DNA of 64,000 bases from Methanobacteriota archaeon (GTDB taxonomy: Archaea > Halobacteriota > Bog-38 > Methanoflorentales > Methanoflorentaceae), in NCBI GenBank assembly GCA_963720465.1, contig OY970393.1:2208001-2272000 (forward strand), given 5' to 3'. The translations under genes and the position numbers were made by a program. The notes under the pieces were generated by a model. That model searched no databases. It saw only the letters and a program-made list of their open reading frames with translations, and was not told the origin of the DNA. Shown here piece after piece: positions 20,210 to 31,426 of this stretch; the first letter of the stretch is position 1; every line of letters begins with the position of its first letter.

Positions 20210-21008
20210 ATGCACCCCAAGATACAGCTCGCAGTGCCTTCATCCTTGACCATCGAAACCGCCGATCAGAAAATAAAGACATACAAGGTCGGACAAGTCG
20301 CTCGCGCGGCGGCAATATTCAGGGTGCATCGCGTCACGATTTACCGTGATGCTGCGTACGATGACAGCCTATTCATCGCGTCGATATTGCAGTACATGGA
20401 GGCGCCGCAGTACCTTTCGAAAGCTGCTTTTTCCGCGCTCAAATGAGTTGAGATCCGTTGGGGTCGTTCCCCCGTTGAAGACCCCTCATCACGCGACCGA
20501 GCGTGATGACATTCGAGAAGGAATTGTGATAGACGTCGGAACTGACTGCGCTTGGGTTGAAATCGGTTTGGATTGCCCGGCCTTTTTGCGAACGGCCACG
20601 TTGCGCAAAGGGGAGCGCGTGACAGTTAAGATCTTTTCGCGAGACCCGCTTGAAGTTGAACTGACTCAGAAGCCGCCGCGTTATTGGGGGTATTCGGTCC
20701 GGGTGGTCGATAGCATCGCAGATGCGTTGGAGGGGTTGGTCGTCGCCACCTCGAGGCACGGACAGCCAATAAGTCCCGTTATACACAATGAAATAAGAAG
20801 GAGAAGCGCCGAAATGATGACTTTCGTATTTGGGGCTCCAAACCGCGGAGTAGAAGCGTTATTCCAGGAAGCGGGGCTATCGCTGGAGGATGCTTCAGAC
20901 TTTGTCGTTAATACGATCCCGGAGCAAGGGACAAAAACGGTGCGCACAGAAGAAGCTATCATAGCCACGTTGAGCGTGTTCAATATCGCGCTGCACGAAT
21001 CAACATGA
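20210..21008 (+). pseudogene. SPOUT-family RNA methyltransferase (DUF171), frameshifted near 20415
   Basis: KVGQVARAAAIF...YMEAPQYL, then RKLLF...PPLKTPHH...NTIPEQGTKTVRTEEA in the +1 frame; usual position upstream of rpl3. Confidence 0.85.
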
Positions 21009-21017
21009 GGTAAACCT

Positions 21018-22010
21018 ATGTCAAAAAGACATCGCCCGAGACGCGGATCGCTCGCCTACAGCCCCCGAAAGAGGGCAAAGAGCGAAGTGCCGCGAGTCCG
21101 CTCGTGGCCAGAGCAAGACGAGCCACGAGTACCGGGATTCGCGGGCTACAAAGCTGGGATGACACACGTGATCTTAGTGGATGACTCCCCCAATAGCCCA
21201 ACGGCAGGATTAGAGATAAGCGTGCCCGCCACGGTCGTCGAAACTCCCGCGATGAAAGTAGCGGCCGTGCGCGCGTACCGTAAGACGCCCTATGGAAAGC
21301 GCATTGTGCTCGAAACTTGGGCCAGCAATATCGGAGGCGATGTTGCAAAGCGCAGGCCGCTTCCCAAAGAGGCAGTACACCGTGATGCGGGTCTCGACGG
21401 CGCGGACGAGATCCGCGTACTGGTTCATACCTCGCCAGCGGCGGTTAGTGGCATTCCAAAGAAGGTGCCTGAACTAATGGAAGTGCCCGTTGGTGGAGAC
21501 GATGCAAGCGCTGCATATGCATATGCGGATGATCTCCTAGGAAAAGAAATCGATGCTGTCAACGTCTTCAAAGAAGGTATGCTCGTCGACGTAGTCGCAG
21601 TGACAAAGGGCAAAGGGGTTCAGGGGCCAGTCAAACGGTGGGGCGTCACCATCCAGGATAGAAAAGCGTTCAGGGGTGGCAAAGGGCGCCACATCGGGAA
21701 TCTTGGTCCGTGGAACCCAGCGCGTGTTAGGTGGACGGTCCCCCAACTTGGTCAGATGGGCTATCAACAAAGAACCGAGTACAATAAGCGAATACTTAAA
21801 ATCGGACCGGACGGAGCTGTAGTGACTCCCGCGGGCGGATTTCTCAAATATGGGCTCATCCGAGGTGCGTACGTTCTTCTACACGGGTCGATTCCAGGAC
21901 CTGCCAAGCGGCTCATTCGAATGAGACCGGCAACCAGGCCATTCAAAACCGCACACACGGTCCCTGATCTGAGCTACATAAGCGTTCAATCGAAGCAAGG
22001 AGTGAGATAA
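21018..22010 (+). CDS. rpl3: 50S ribosomal protein L3
   Basis: RPRRGSLAYSPRKRA, GYKAGMTH. Confidence 0.98.
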   Translation: MSKRHRPRRGSLAYSPRKRAKSEVPRVRSWPEQDEPRVPGFAGYKAGMTHVILVDDSPNSPTAGLEISVPATVVETPAMKVAAVRAYRKTPYGKRIVLETWASNIGGDVAKRRPLPKEAVHRDAGLDGADEIRVLVHTSPAAVSGIPKKVPELMEVPVGGDDASAAYAYADDLLGKEIDAVNVFKEGMLVDVVAVTKGKGVQGPVKRWGVTIQDRKAFRGGKGRHIGNLGPWNPARVRWTVPQLGQMGYQQRTEYNKRILKIGPDGAVVTPAGGFLKYGLIRGAYVLLHGSIPGPAKRLIRMRPATRPFKTAHTVPDLSYISVQSKQGVR

Positions 22011-22011
22011 G

Positions 22012-22755
22012 ATGAAAGGGCGGGTAATGAGTCTGAAGGGGAAGGCAGGGAAGAAAATAGATCTTCCGGAGCTTTTCGACGAACTCTATCGCCCAGATCT
22101 CATCAAAAAGGCAGTCGTAGTTTCCCAGGCAAACAGGAGGCAGGCATATGGATCCCAGCCCACGGCGGGCCTTAAGACCTCAGCGGAATCGTGGGGATCG
22201 GGGCGAGGAGTCGCGCAAGTCCCGCGATTGAAGAACTCCAGCAGGGTTGCGAGGGTGCCACAAGCCGTTGGCGGAAGAAAAGCACATCCGCCAAGCTCGA
22301 AGAGGGCATTTTTCGAGAAGATAAACAGGAAAGAAAGGCAGAAAGCGATGCGATCTGCGATCGCAGCAACCGCAAAACCTGATCTAGTTAAAGCGCGAGG
22401 TCATCGGTTTGAAGGAACCCTTCCGCTCATACTTGAGGACGCCTTCGAAGAGTTGGCCACGACCAGCGAGATAGCAGAAGTACTGGTCGCGCTCAACGTC
22501 TGGCAAGACGTAGAGAAAGCGAAACGCGGCAAACGCGTGCGTGCCGGGAAAGGCAAGCGGCGGGGCCGACGCTATAAGAACAAAAAGAGCATCCTTATGA
22601 TCTGCGCGAGGTCCGTGTTGGCAGCGCGCAATTTGCCCGGGGTTGATGCTGTAACCGTGGATCAGTTAAACGTTAAGCTTCTGGCCCCCGGTACGCACGC
22701 CGGTAGACTAACAATATGGACCCAGTCGGCGATAAATGCCTTAGGAAAAGAGTAG
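22012..22755 (+). CDS. rpl4: 50S ribosomal protein L4
   Basis: SAESWGSGRG, LAPGTHAGRLT. Confidence 0.98.
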   Translation: MKGRVMSLKGKAGKKIDLPELFDELYRPDLIKKAVVVSQANRRQAYGSQPTAGLKTSAESWGSGRGVAQVPRLKNSSRVARVPQAVGGRKAHPPSSKRAFFEKINRKERQKAMRSAIAATAKPDLVKARGHRFEGTLPLILEDAFEELATTSEIAEVLVALNVWQDVEKAKRGKRVRAGKGKRRGRRYKNKKSILMICARSVLAARNLPGVDAVTVDQLNVKLLAPGTHAGRLTIWTQSAINALGKE

Positions 22756-22759
22756 AGTC

Positions 22760-23005
22760 ATGTTGAAACACGCATATGTAACAGAGAAGGCGACAGCTCA
22801 GCTTGATAGAGAGAACAAGCTCACGTTCATCGCTGACGTCGAAGATACAAAGGATGACATAAAAAAAGCGGTGGAAGAAATCTATGACGTCACAGTCGTC
22901 GACGTGAAGACGCTCGTTACACCTAAAGGGTTCAAAAAAGCTACTATTACGCTTTCTAGCGACGATTCAGCGGAAGACGTTGCATCAAGACTTGGAATCT
23001 TCTGA
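22760..23005 (+). CDS. rpl23: 50S ribosomal protein L23
   Basis: TEKA...NKLTF...KKA; operon order. Confidence 0.96.
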   Translation: MLKHAYVTEKATAQLDRENKLTFIADVEDTKDDIKKAVEEIYDVTVVDVKTLVTPKGFKKATITLSSDDSAEDVASRLGIF

Positions 23006-23017
23006 TGGAGTCGGGGC

Positions 23018-23731
23018 ATGGGCAAGAGAATAATATCGCAAAATCGGGGCAAGGGAACACCGACCTATCGGGCACCGTCTCACCGCTATAAGGCAGCCTT
23101 GAAATTGATCAAAGCTGACAAGAATGAGGTTGTCAAAGCGCGCGTAGTCGAGATCCTGCACGACCCGGCTCGTAGCGCCCCTATAGCGCGAGTTGAGCTC
23201 GCAGACGGCACGGAGCGCTTGGTATTAGTACCGGAGGGCCTTTGCGTCGGCGATGAAATAGCGTGCGGAGCGTCAGCAGAGGTCAAAGCCGGGAATATTC
23301 TGCCCCTTGCCGAAATCCCTGAAGGAGTGCCGATCTGCAGTATCGAATCGCAACCTGGCGACGGAGGTTGTTTTGCGCGAGCATCCGGGGTCTACGGGAT
23401 GCTTATCGCGCACGACGTGCAAAAAACTGTCGTGCAGCTGCCCAGTGGCGAAATGAAATGGCTCCATCCGCATTGCCGAGCAATGATAGGAATGGTGGCA
23501 GGTGGAGGACGCCTTGACAAGCCGTTTGTCAAAGCGGGCAAGAAGTTTCATAAGATCCATTCAAGGGCAGCAAAATATCCTCGTGTGCGCGGGGTTGCCA
23601 TGAACGTGGTAGACCACCCATTTGGCGGTGGTGGTTGGCAGCATCCGGGCCGCCCAAAAACGGTCAGCCGAAATGCTCCGCCGGGCCGGAAAGTTGGCAG
23701 CATTGCAGCTCGCCGCACCGGTAAACGATAG
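23018..23731 (+). CDS. rpl2: 50S ribosomal protein L2
   Basis: [15 protein letters not shown]. Confidence 0.98.
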   Translation: MGKRIISQNRGKGTPTYRAPSHRYKAALKLIKADKNEVVKARVVEILHDPARSAPIARVELADGTERLVLVPEGLCVGDEIACGASAEVKAGNILPLAEIPEGVPICSIESQPGDGGCFARASGVYGMLIAHDVQKTVVQLPSGEMKWLHPHCRAMIGMVAGGGRLDKPFVKAGKKFHKIHSRAAKYPRVRGVAMNVVDHPFGGGGWQHPGRPKTVSRNAPPGRKVGSIAARRTGKR

Positions 23732-23754
23732 TCAAACCTAGAGCTGGTGAAAGT

Positions 23755-24165
23755 ATGGCTAAGAGAAGAAAAGTGGAAGCGCCACGCCGAAAGGAGGAGT
23801 TCTCGTATAGGGGGCATTCCGTTGAGGAGCTCAAGGACATGGACCTCGACACAGTGGCTCAGCTCTTTCCTGCGCGTCAACGCAGAAAGCTCAAGAGAGA
23901 GCTCACGGAAGACCAAAAAAAGCTTTTGCAAAAGATACGAGAGGGAAAAACCATCCGCACCCACCAGAGAGACATGATCGTTCTCCCTGAGATGATCGGC
24001 ACCTCGATCGGAGTCCACGACGGAAAGACGTTCACCATCCTCGAGATTATGCCGGAAATGATAGGGCATTACCTTGGGGAATACGCCCTCACAAGGAGAA
24101 GGGTATCACACGGGGGTCCGGGCGTGGGGGCGACACGATCCAGTAGGTACGTTCCACTGAAGTGA
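23755..24165 (+). CDS. rps19: 30S ribosomal protein S19
   Basis: [21 protein letters not shown]. Confidence 0.98.
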   Translation: MAKRRKVEAPRRKEEFSYRGHSVEELKDMDLDTVAQLFPARQRRKLKRELTEDQKKLLQKIREGKTIRTHQRDMIVLPEMIGTSIGVHDGKTFTILEIMPEMIGHYLGEYALTRRRVSHGGPGVGATRSSRYVPLK

Positions 24166-24169
24166 TCTA

Positions 24170-24640
24170 ATGGCGTTCACAAAGTATTCAGTCGAGTTTG
24201 ACACCGAGAAAACGGCCCGTTCGCAAGGCCATGAGCTTCATGTATCGCCGCGACACTGCGTCGAGATATGTAGGGAGCTGCGAGGAAAGTCGCTCGCAGA
24301 AGCGAAATCCTATTTGGAAGGAATTACCAAAATCAAGACGCCGGTGCCGTTCAAGCGCCACAATTCAGGCGTCGGACACCGAGCGGGGTTAAGTGGATGG
24401 GACGCGGGCCGATTTCCGCAGAAAGCAGCTAGGGACATACTTACGGTCTTAAAGAGTGCGGAAGCGAATGCTGAATACAAAGGGCTCGACTCGGATCGAA
24501 TGCAGATCGTCCACAGTTTGGCGAGAAGGGGGCGCGTCATTGAAGGCAGGATGCCTCGCGCGATGGGACGCGCCACCGCAAAGAACACGGCCACGGTAAC
24601 GGTCGAAATTGTGCTCCAGGAGTTGGAAAATGGGGATTGA
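24170..24640 (+). CDS. rpl22: 50S ribosomal protein L22
   Basis: GRFPQKAA, PRAMGRA. Confidence 0.97.
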   Translation: MAFTKYSVEFDTEKTARSQGHELHVSPRHCVEICRELRGKSLAEAKSYLEGITKIKTPVPFKRHNSGVGHRAGLSGWDAGRFPQKAARDILTVLKSAEANAEYKGLDSDRMQIVHSLARRGRVIEGRMPRAMGRATAKNTATVTVEIVLQELENGD

Positions 24641-25295
24641 GAAAAAATTCATAGAGGAGGGCTTGAAGAGATCTCAGATGAATGAGTACTTCAACCGGGA
24701 GCTAGAGCGGGCAGGTTATGGTGGCATGGAGATCAATCGCACTCCTATCGGCACACACATCACCTTATACGCAGAGAAACCCGGAATGATCATCGGAAAG
24801 AGCGGAAAAACGATCAGACGGGTCACCAGAGAGCTCGATGCGAATTTCAAGCTCGACAACCCGCAGCTCGATGTCCAGGAGATCGAAGTTCCTGAGCTAA
24901 ACGCGCAAATAATGGCGCACCGCTTAGCCAACGCGCTTGAGCGGGGCTGGTATTTCAGAAAGGCAGGCCAATCGACGCTCCAGCGGGTTATGGACGCCGG
25001 TGCGCTCGGATGCGAAATAATCCTAGCGGGAAAGGTCACCGGCCCGCGATCGCGAACCGAGAAGTTTCTCGCCGGATACATAAAACACTGCGGAAAACCT
25101 GCTGAGGACCTGGTAATGAAAGGCTACGCGGTCGCGAAACGGAAGCTCGGCATCATCGGGGTCAAAGTGTTTATCGTGCCTCCTGGAGTTAAACTTCCTG
25201 ATGACATACGACTGCTCGAACAAATATCAGACGAAGAGGTGACGTCGAATGGCAATATTGAGGAGCCAAGAGATACGCAAGATGAAGCCGGATGA
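24630..25295 (+). CDS. rps3: 30S ribosomal protein S3
   Basis: [12 protein letters not shown] motif, GIIGVKV. Confidence 0.97.
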   Translation: MGIEKKFIEEGLKRSQMNEYFNRELERAGYGGMEINRTPIGTHITLYAEKPGMIIGKSGKTIRRVTRELDANFKLDNPQLDVQEIEVPELNAQIMAHRLANALERGWYFRKAGQSTLQRVMDAGALGCEIILAGKVTGPRSRTEKFLAGYIKHCGKPAEDLVMKGYAVAKRKLGIIGVKVFIVPPGVKLPDDIRLLEQISDEEVTSNGNIEEPRDTQDEAG

Positions 25296-25467
25296 ACGAA
25301 GCAAGCAGCTTAACGATCTGATCGCGGAGCTCTTGAGAGAGCGAGCGGTTGTGTCTGCAGGCGGCGCTCCAGAGAATCCGGGAAGACCAAAAGAGCTCCG
25401 ACGGGCCATCGCTCGAATCCGCACGATTATGAATGAAGAGAAGAACGCGCGAGCAACGGTTACGTAG
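25249..25467 (+). CDS. rpl29: 50S ribosomal protein L29
   Basis: MAILR...[16 protein letters not shown]. Confidence 0.96.
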   Translation: MAILRSQEIRKMKPDERSKQLNDLIAELLRERAVVSAGGAPENPGRPKELRRAIARIRTIMNEEKNARATVT

Positions 25468-25474
25468 GTTCTAG

Positions 25475-25765
25475 ATGAGAATTACCCCTCAGAACTTCGT
25501 GAATCACGAGCTCATTGGTTTGCGTGTGACGCTGGTGAAGAGTACTAACAGCGACGCCGTAGGCTTGAGTGGGCGGATCATTGACGAAAGGAGAAACATT
25601 TTCAAATTAGAATGCTGCGGGCAGGAAAAAACGGTTGCCAAGCACCGCAATACATTTGAATTCACGATGCCAGAAGGCGACAAAGTACGAGTAGCCGGAG
25701 ATCTTGTCGTGGGACGCCCAGAAGACCGCGTCGGAAAGAGTCTTCGAAAAAGGCACAACAGGTGA
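25475..25765 (+). CDS. rnp1: Ribonuclease P protein component 1 (Rpp29)
   Basis: HELIGL, GRIIDE, GRPEDR. Confidence 0.93.
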   Translation: MRITPQNFVNHELIGLRVTLVKSTNSDAVGLSGRIIDERRNIFKLECCGQEKTVAKHRNTFEFTMPEGDKVRVAGDLVVGRPEDRVGKSLRKRHNR

Positions 25766-25769
25766 GACC

Positions 25770-26090
25770 ATGCGAACGAATATTGGCTTTGACGTAGCTG
25801 CGCCAACAGAGCAGTGCGAGGACACCAACTGTCCCTTTCACGGGACGCTTTCTGTGCGGGGTCAGGTGATCGACGGAACGGTGGTGAGCGACAAAACTGC
25901 CCGAACCGTTGTGGTGCAGCGAGAGTACCTGAAATACATTCCGAAGTACGAAAGGTACGAAAAGAGGAAGTCGAAACTGCACGCTCACAATCCGGATTGC
26001 ATCGCGGCAAAAACGGGAGACCGTGTTAGCCTAGCAGAATGCCGGCCGCTGTCCAAGACTAAGTCGTTCGTGGTGATTCAAGTACTATGA
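25770..26090 (+). CDS. rps17: 30S ribosomal protein S17
   Basis: [16 protein letters not shown]. Confidence 0.97.
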   Translation: MRTNIGFDVAAPTEQCEDTNCPFHGTLSVRGQVIDGTVVSDKTARTVVVQREYLKYIPKYERYEKRKSKLHAHNPDCIAAKTGDRVSLAECRPLSKTKSFVVIQVL

Positions 26091-26485
26091 AGAGCCTTAA
26101 GGCGAAAATTCCTCGATCTCTCGCAACGAGCTCGAAGATTGACTGCGTCGATAATACGGGGGCAAGAACCTTAGAGATTATCGCGGTCAAACGGTATCGG
26201 GGCGTTAAGAGCCGGCAACCCAAGGCGGGATTAGGTGAGATGGTCATTGTATCGGTCAAAAAAGGGGCGCCTGATATGCGCCGACAGATTCTCAAGGCTG
26301 TGATCGTGCGGCAGAAAAAAGAATTCAGAAGGCCTGATGGGACAAGAGTGAAGTTTGAAGATAACGCAGCCGTCATAACGGATGACAACGGGGAGCCCCG
26401 TGGAACTGAGATCAAGGGGCCGATTGCCCGCGAAGTCGCAGAACGTTTCGGCAAGATTGCTTCGGCCGCGCAAATGATAGTGTGA
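26087..26485 (+). CDS. rpl14: 50S ribosomal protein L14
   Basis: [22 protein letters not shown]. Confidence 0.98.
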   Translation: MKSLKAKIPRSLATSSKIDCVDNTGARTLEIIAVKRYRGVKSRQPKAGLGEMVIVSVKKGAPDMRRQILKAVIVRQKKEFRRPDGTRVKFEDNAAVITDDNGEPRGTEIKGPIAREVAERFGKIASAAQMIV

Positions 26486-26494
26486 GGGTTAAGA

Positions 26495-26860
26495 GTGGCA
26501 AACAGAGTTACGTCTAAGCAACCGCGGAAACAGCGGAAAGCACGAATTGATGCTCCTCTCCACGTGCGTCAGAAGTATCTGCACGCGCCTCTCGAAAAGA
26601 AGCTTGCGGATAAATATAACCGCCGAAGGGTTCAAATACGGAAAGGAGACACAGTAAAGGTGCTTCGTGGGGACTCCCGCAATAGTGAAGGAAAGGTGGC
26701 GAAGGTCAACCTCAAGGACGTGTCGATCGAAATTGACGGCGTAACGGTGCACAAGGCCGACGGGTCTGAGGTGGCACGACCCATTCATCCTTCAAATGTG
26801 ATAATTACAAGGCTTGAGCTCAAAGACAAACTCAGGACCAGCAAATTGGAGGAGGAATAG
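26495..26860 (+). CDS. rpl24: 50S ribosomal protein L24
   Basis: SKQPRKQRK, KGDTVKVLRG, HPSNV. Confidence 0.97.
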   Translation: MANRVTSKQPRKQRKARIDAPLHVRQKYLHAPLEKKLADKYNRRRVQIRKGDTVKVLRGDSRNSEGKVAKVNLKDVSIEIDGVTVHKADGSEVARPIHPSNVIITRLELKDKLRTSKLEEE

Positions 26861-26861
26861 C

Positions 26862-27533
26862 GTGCATCAAAAAAGAATCTCCGCACCAAAGAGCTGGCCA
26901 ATCGCAAAAAAAACTGGTCACTGGGTCACCGCTCCGTCTCCCGGCACACACTCGAGAGAAGCCGTTCCGATATTGGTCGTGCTAAGGGACATGTTGCACG
27001 TCGCCGACAACGCGAAAGAAGCGAAGAGGATTTTGCATAACGGCAGCGTGACAGTGAACGGGCGCGTGGTGAAGAAGCACAAAGCTCACGTCGGTATGTT
27101 CGACGTGTTTGCGACTGCAGGCAAAAGCTACCGTATGCTCCCTAACCCGCGCGGCAAGTACGAGCTAACTCAGATAGGCGACGAGGAAGCGAAGCGCAAA
27201 CTGGCCCGTATTGACGACATTACGGTCGTGAGAGGCAGTAAGCTTCAGTACAACTTGCACGATGGGACGAACGTACTCCTCAAGGAAAAATACAGCACTG
27301 GTGACTCACTTGTGTTTTCACTGCCCGATTACCGCGTTGTCGACCGATATGAGCGCAAAGCTGGCAACAAAGCCGTGATCGTGGGCGGAAAACACTCTGG
27401 TGAGACTGGCACGATTGTAGAACTAAGGAAGATGGCGAGCTCGCGTCCGAATATGGTAAGAATTGAACGAGACGGCAAACAGTTTGAGACCATAGACGAC
27501 TACGTCTTTGCGACCGGCAGCGGTGGTGACTGA
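26862..27533 (+). CDS. rps4e: 30S ribosomal protein S4e
   Basis: HQKRISAPKSW, NLHDG, GGKHSG. Confidence 0.97.
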   Translation: MHQKRISAPKSWPIAKKTGHWVTAPSPGTHSREAVPILVVLRDMLHVADNAKEAKRILHNGSVTVNGRVVKKHKAHVGMFDVFATAGKSYRMLPNPRGKYELTQIGDEEAKRKLARIDDITVVRGSKLQYNLHDGTNVLLKEKYSTGDSLVFSLPDYRVVDRYERKAGNKAVIVGGKHSGETGTIVELRKMASSRPNMVRIERDGKQFETIDDYVFATGSGGD

Positions 27534-27535
27534 TC

Positions 27536-28075
27536 GTGGCTGAGGCCCGTGCGGAACAACAGCAAACTGATAACCCTATGACAAAGCCGACGCTTGACAA
27601 GGTGACCGTCCACATAAGTGTCGGTGAGGGGGGCCAAAAGCTAATCAACGCGGAGAATATCGTAAAAACTCTTACCGGGCAAGCCACGGTGCGGACGTCC
27701 GCAAAGAAGACTCAACCAATATTTGGGATAAGAAAGGGACAAGCAATAGGATGCAAAACGACTCTGCGAAGAGAACGAGCGAGCGCGTTTCTTCACAGCG
27801 CCCTTGAAACTAGGCAGAATTTCGTGCACGAGTTTCAGTTTGATGAGACCGGCAACGTGTCATTCGGCATCGTCGATCACACGGATTTCCCAGGAATGAC
27901 CTATGATCCCCAAATAGGCATATTTGGCATGGACGTAATTGTATCACTTAAGAAGCCAGGCTATCGCGTCGCTCGGCGTCGTGCGGCGCAACGTCGCGTT
28001 CCCATTCGACATCGAGTGACGCGTGAGCAGGCAATTTCTTTCCTTCAAGACAATTATAACGTGGTGTTGGGATAA
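27536..28075 (+). CDS. rpl5: 50S ribosomal protein L5
   Basis: [28 protein letters not shown]. Confidence 0.97.
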   Translation: MAEARAEQQQTDNPMTKPTLDKVTVHISVGEGGQKLINAENIVKTLTGQATVRTSAKKTQPIFGIRKGQAIGCKTTLRRERASAFLHSALETRQNFVHEFQFDETGNVSFGIVDHTDFPGMTYDPQIGIFGMDVIVSLKKPGYRVARRRAAQRRVPIRHRVTREQAISFLQDNYNVVLG

Positions 28076-28218
28076 TGGCTGAAAAAAAACGCCGTGAGGC
28101 CCATGAATGCAGACGCTGTGGACGCAAGCAAGGACTCGTCACGAAGTACGAGATATACCTCTGTCGACAATGCTTCCGAGAGATCGCCAGCGACATGCAG
28201 TTTGAGAAGTATAACTGA
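28075..28218 (+). CDS. rps14: 30S ribosomal protein S14 (zinc-binding); missing from the ORF track
   Basis: Manual translation [47 protein letters not shown]. Confidence 0.96.
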   Translation: MAEKKRREAHECRRCGRKQGLVTKYEIYLCRQCFREIASDMQFEKYN

Positions 28219-28229
28219 GGTAATGTGCC

Positions 28230-28622
28230 ATGGTTCTATTAGATCCGCTCGCGAACGCTCTTTCAGCGATCAAGAACGCCGAAGGCGTCGGTAAGAGAGA
28301 ATGCTGCGTCAAGCCCGTATCAAAGCTTATCGGTAACGTGCTTCGCGTCATGCAGCAAGGGAACTACATAGGTGATTTTGAGCTCATCGAAGACGGGAAA
28401 ACCGGCGTATTCAAGATCGAGCTGCTCGGTAATATCAACCGATGTGGCGCGATCAAACCGCGAAGTTCTGTTCAAACAACTGACCTCGAGAGATGGGAAC
28501 AGCGGTATTTGCCGGCGCGCAACTTTGGTTTCCTGATACTGACAACGTCTGCTGGGATAATAACTCACGTGAAAGCACGAGAACGGGGTATCGGAGGGAA
28601 ACTAATAGCGTACTGCTACTAG
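28230..28622 (+). CDS. rps8: 30S ribosomal protein S8
   Basis: DPLANAL, LPARNFG, GGKLIAY. Confidence 0.97.
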   Translation: MVLLDPLANALSAIKNAEGVGKRECCVKPVSKLIGNVLRVMQQGNYIGDFELIEDGKTGVFKIELLGNINRCGAIKPRSSVQTTDLERWEQRYLPARNFGFLILTTSAGIITHVKARERGIGGKLIAYCY

Positions 28623-28632
28623 GTGGTAACCC

Positions 28633-29178
28633 ATGGTCCAAGTAATTGAAAAAGAGGTTCCGGTTGCTGACGGCGTCCGGGTTGAAGTTCACAACGGAAC
28701 GGTGAGAGTAGAAGGCCCACGCGGAACACTCGAACGCGACCTGTGGTACCCAAGTATCGACATACGCGCTGAGCCAGATAAGGTGTACGTCGGGACCACC
28801 CTCGACAAGAAGACTCAGAAATCGATCGTAGGCACTTACGCCTCTCACATCGCTAACATGGTCACAGGGGTAACCGAAGGGTTTCAATACAAGCTGAAAC
28901 TAGTATACTCACATTTTCCTATTCAAGTCAAGGTAGAAGGGAAAGTCGTATCGATCGAGAACTTTTTGGGTGAACGAAAGCCCCGAACCGCTAGAGTCAT
29001 GGGGGACTCTCTCGTTGCTATTCAGGGCGACGAGCTAATCGTTACCGGCATCGATAAAGAACACGTAGGCCAAACCGCTGCGAACATCGAGCAAGCGACT
29101 CGGATCAAGGGGCGTGACCCGCGCGTGTTTCAAGACGGCATCTACCTCATTGAAAAGGGTGTCGAGGCAAGCACATGA
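28633..29178 (+). CDS. rpl6: 50S ribosomal protein L6
   Basis: YSHFP, NFLGER, DPRVFQDGIY. Confidence 0.97.
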   Translation: MVQVIEKEVPVADGVRVEVHNGTVRVEGPRGTLERDLWYPSIDIRAEPDKVYVGTTLDKKTQKSIVGTYASHIANMVTGVTEGFQYKLKLVYSHFPIQVKVEGKVVSIENFLGERKPRTARVMGDSLVAIQGDELIVTGIDKEHVGQTAANIEQATRIKGRDPRVFQDGIYLIEKGVEAST

Positions 29179-29780
29179 AGGCTTTGAATGAGATGAATGA
29201 CACTGAAATTAAAGCGCTCATAGAGGCAGGCTACCGAACGGTGGACGATCTCAAGGGTGTAACAGCGGATGAACTTGCAAACGCAGGCCTCGATGCTGAC
29301 CTTGCACAGCGAGTCGCACAAGAGTCAATTTCATTCAAGCATACAGAGTTCAGCGCCAAACACAGGCATTTGCTCGTCGTTCGTAAGCGGCACGACAAAC
29401 CCTGGTTCAAGCGCGACGACTACGAAAAGAAAAAGAAGCTAAGCTCGAGCTGGAGAAAACCACGCGGACTGTTCAACAAGATGCGGAGGGGGTTTCCAGA
29501 CAAGGGTCCGGTTGTGCAAGTAGGATACGGCGCACCAAGCGCGATAAGGGGCTTCCATCCGTCAGGATTCGAAGAAGTGCTCGTTAACACCCCAGCTGAT
29601 CTGGAAGAGGCGAAGCCAGAGCAAGCTGTCAGAATAGGTCGGACGGTCGGCGCTCGCAAGAAGCAAGTCATTCTCGAGCGGGCGTTTGCCAAGGGCTTGA
29701 AGGTGCTCAATCCCGGACCGAAAGCTCAGATCGCAGACCAACGCGATGAAACGACGGCAACAACGGAGGAGAAGCAGTGA
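29175..29780 (+). CDS. rpl32e: 50S ribosomal protein L32e with N-terminal helix-hairpin-helix-like extension
   Basis: WRKPRG, HPSGFEEVLV, KVLN; extra N-terminal LIEAGYRTVDDL segment. Confidence 0.95.
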   Translation: MKALNEMNDTEIKALIEAGYRTVDDLKGVTADELANAGLDADLAQRVAQESISFKHTEFSAKHRHLLVVRKRHDKPWFKRDDYEKKKKLSSSWRKPRGLFNKMRRGFPDKGPVVQVGYGAPSAIRGFHPSGFEEVLVNTPADLEEAKPEQAVRIGRTVGARKKQVILERAFAKGLKVLNPGPKAQIADQRDETTATTEEKQ

Positions 29781-30235
29781 CCAGCCTGTCGAACCAAAAG
29801 CGACTCGCTGCTGCGGTGCTTGGTGTTGGGGAAAGCCGGATATGGCTTGACCCGGATAAGCTCACGGACGTCGCAAACGCTATCACCCGTGAAGATGTCC
29901 GCGGGCTCATAAAGGACGGGACCGTGAAATCTAAGCAAGCGCAGGGCGTCAGCCGCGGACGGGCACGCGGGAACGATGCTAAGCGCAAGAAGGGGCATAA
30001 AACCGGCCAAGGGACTCGTAAAGGGGCAAAGAACGCCCGAAGCCCTAGGAAGCAGCTATGGATGCGCAGGATCCGAGCGCAGAGAAGGACGCTGCGCGTC
30101 TTGAGGGACAACAACACGCTCGATCGAGCCACGTATCGTCGCATGTACAGGAAGGCGAAAGGTGGCGAGTATCGAACTGTACATGTACTGAGCACTCAAG
30201 CGGAAATCGCCATGGCCACGCGGAGGCAGAAATAA
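29777..30235 (+). CDS. rpl19e: 50S ribosomal protein L19e
   Basis: QKRLAA, RIWLDP, YRKAKGG. Confidence 0.97.
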   Translation: MTSLSNQKRLAAAVLGVGESRIWLDPDKLTDVANAITREDVRGLIKDGTVKSKQAQGVSRGRARGNDAKRKKGHKTGQGTRKGAKNARSPRKQLWMRRIRAQRRTLRVLRDNNTLDRATYRRMYRKAKGGEYRTVHVLSTQAEIAMATRRQK

Positions 30236-30816
30236 TGGCGGGTCCGCGGTATCAGGTTCCATTTCGACGTCGGCGAGACGGAAAGACGAACTACCATAAG
30301 CGGTTAGGGTTGATGCTATCGGAACGGCCTCGCGTGGTCGTGCGAAAAACCGGACGCAATTTGATTATGCAGCTTGTCGAACACGGAACTGCGGGGGACA
30401 GGACGTTGACATCTGCAAACGCGCTGGAGCTAAGAAAGCTCGGCTACAAGGGCGCTACCGGGAACACACCTGCTGCGTATTTGACTGGGCTCCTTTTTGC
30501 AAGTCGAGCGCTTGCAGCTGGCCATTCGAAAGGGGTGCTCGATTTGGGACTTAATGCAAATTCACGGGGATCGCGAACGTACGCCGCCTTGTTGGGCGCC
30601 GTTGAAGCGGGGCTAGACATTCCGCACAGTCGTGAGCCGCTTCCTGTGCCTGCCAGGGTGCACGGAGAACATATTGTCGCTTATGCGACCGATAACCCAA
30701 CGCGGTTTTCGCGTTATGGAATAGATCCCAAAGACCTTCCTAACCATATTGATGCGGTGAAGCAACATATAGTCGAGCACGCTGCGCAGGAACAAACAGG
30801 GGCACACAATGGCTGA
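30235..30816 (+). CDS. rpl18: 50S ribosomal protein L18
   Basis: [19 protein letters not shown]. Confidence 0.97.
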   Translation: MAGPRYQVPFRRRRDGKTNYHKRLGLMLSERPRVVVRKTGRNLIMQLVEHGTAGDRTLTSANALELRKLGYKGATGNTPAAYLTGLLFASRALAAGHSKGVLDLGLNANSRGSRTYAALLGAVEAGLDIPHSREPLPVPARVHGEHIVAYATDNPTRFSRYGIDPKDLPNHIDAVKQHIVEHAAQEQTGAHNG

Positions 30817-31426
30817 AATGCAGGGATGGACACCGAAGACGAGATTAGGACGCCTTGTTTATGAGGGCAAAATAACGACGTTCGACGATGCTATAGGCAC
30901 TGGGCATCCGCTAAGGGAACCCGAAATCATTGATGTCCTCTTGCCTGAGCTATCAGACGAGGTCTTAGATATAAATATGGTGCAGCGAATGACGGATTCC
31001 GGTCGGCGCGTGAAGTTTCGAGCCGCGGTGGCAATCGGCAATCGCGATGGATATATAGGCTTCGCCGAAGGCAAGGATCTGCAAGCGGGACCCGCTATAC
31101 GGAACGCAATTGAAACTGCCAAGCTGAACCTCATTAAGATAAATCGCGGGTGTGGCTCGTGGGAATGTGGCTGCGGAGAAGCGCATACCGTTCCTTACAC
31201 CGTGGAAGGTAAAGCGGGCTCCGTAATCGTCGTGCTGAAGCCAGCGCCACGGGGCCTCGGCATAACATCGGGCGGCACGGCGCGGAAAGTGCTTGAGCTT
31301 GCAGGCATCAAAGACGTGTGGACGCGATCGTCAGGGCAAACACGTACGACTATCAACTTTGCTCACGCTACGTTTGAAGCGCTCAAGCGAACAACGACGG
31401 TGCGAATCGGCGGTGGAACGCAATGA
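30809..31426 (+). CDS. rps5: 30S ribosomal protein S5
   Basis: [26 protein letters not shown]. Confidence 0.98.
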   Translation: MAEMQGWTPKTRLGRLVYEGKITTFDDAIGTGHPLREPEIIDVLLPELSDEVLDINMVQRMTDSGRRVKFRAAVAIGNRDGYIGFAEGKDLQAGPAIRNAIETAKLNLIKINRGCGSWECGCGEAHTVPYTVEGKAGSVIVVLKPAPRGLGITSGGTARKVLELAGIKDVWTRSSGQTRTTINFAHATFEALKRTTTVRIGGGTQ

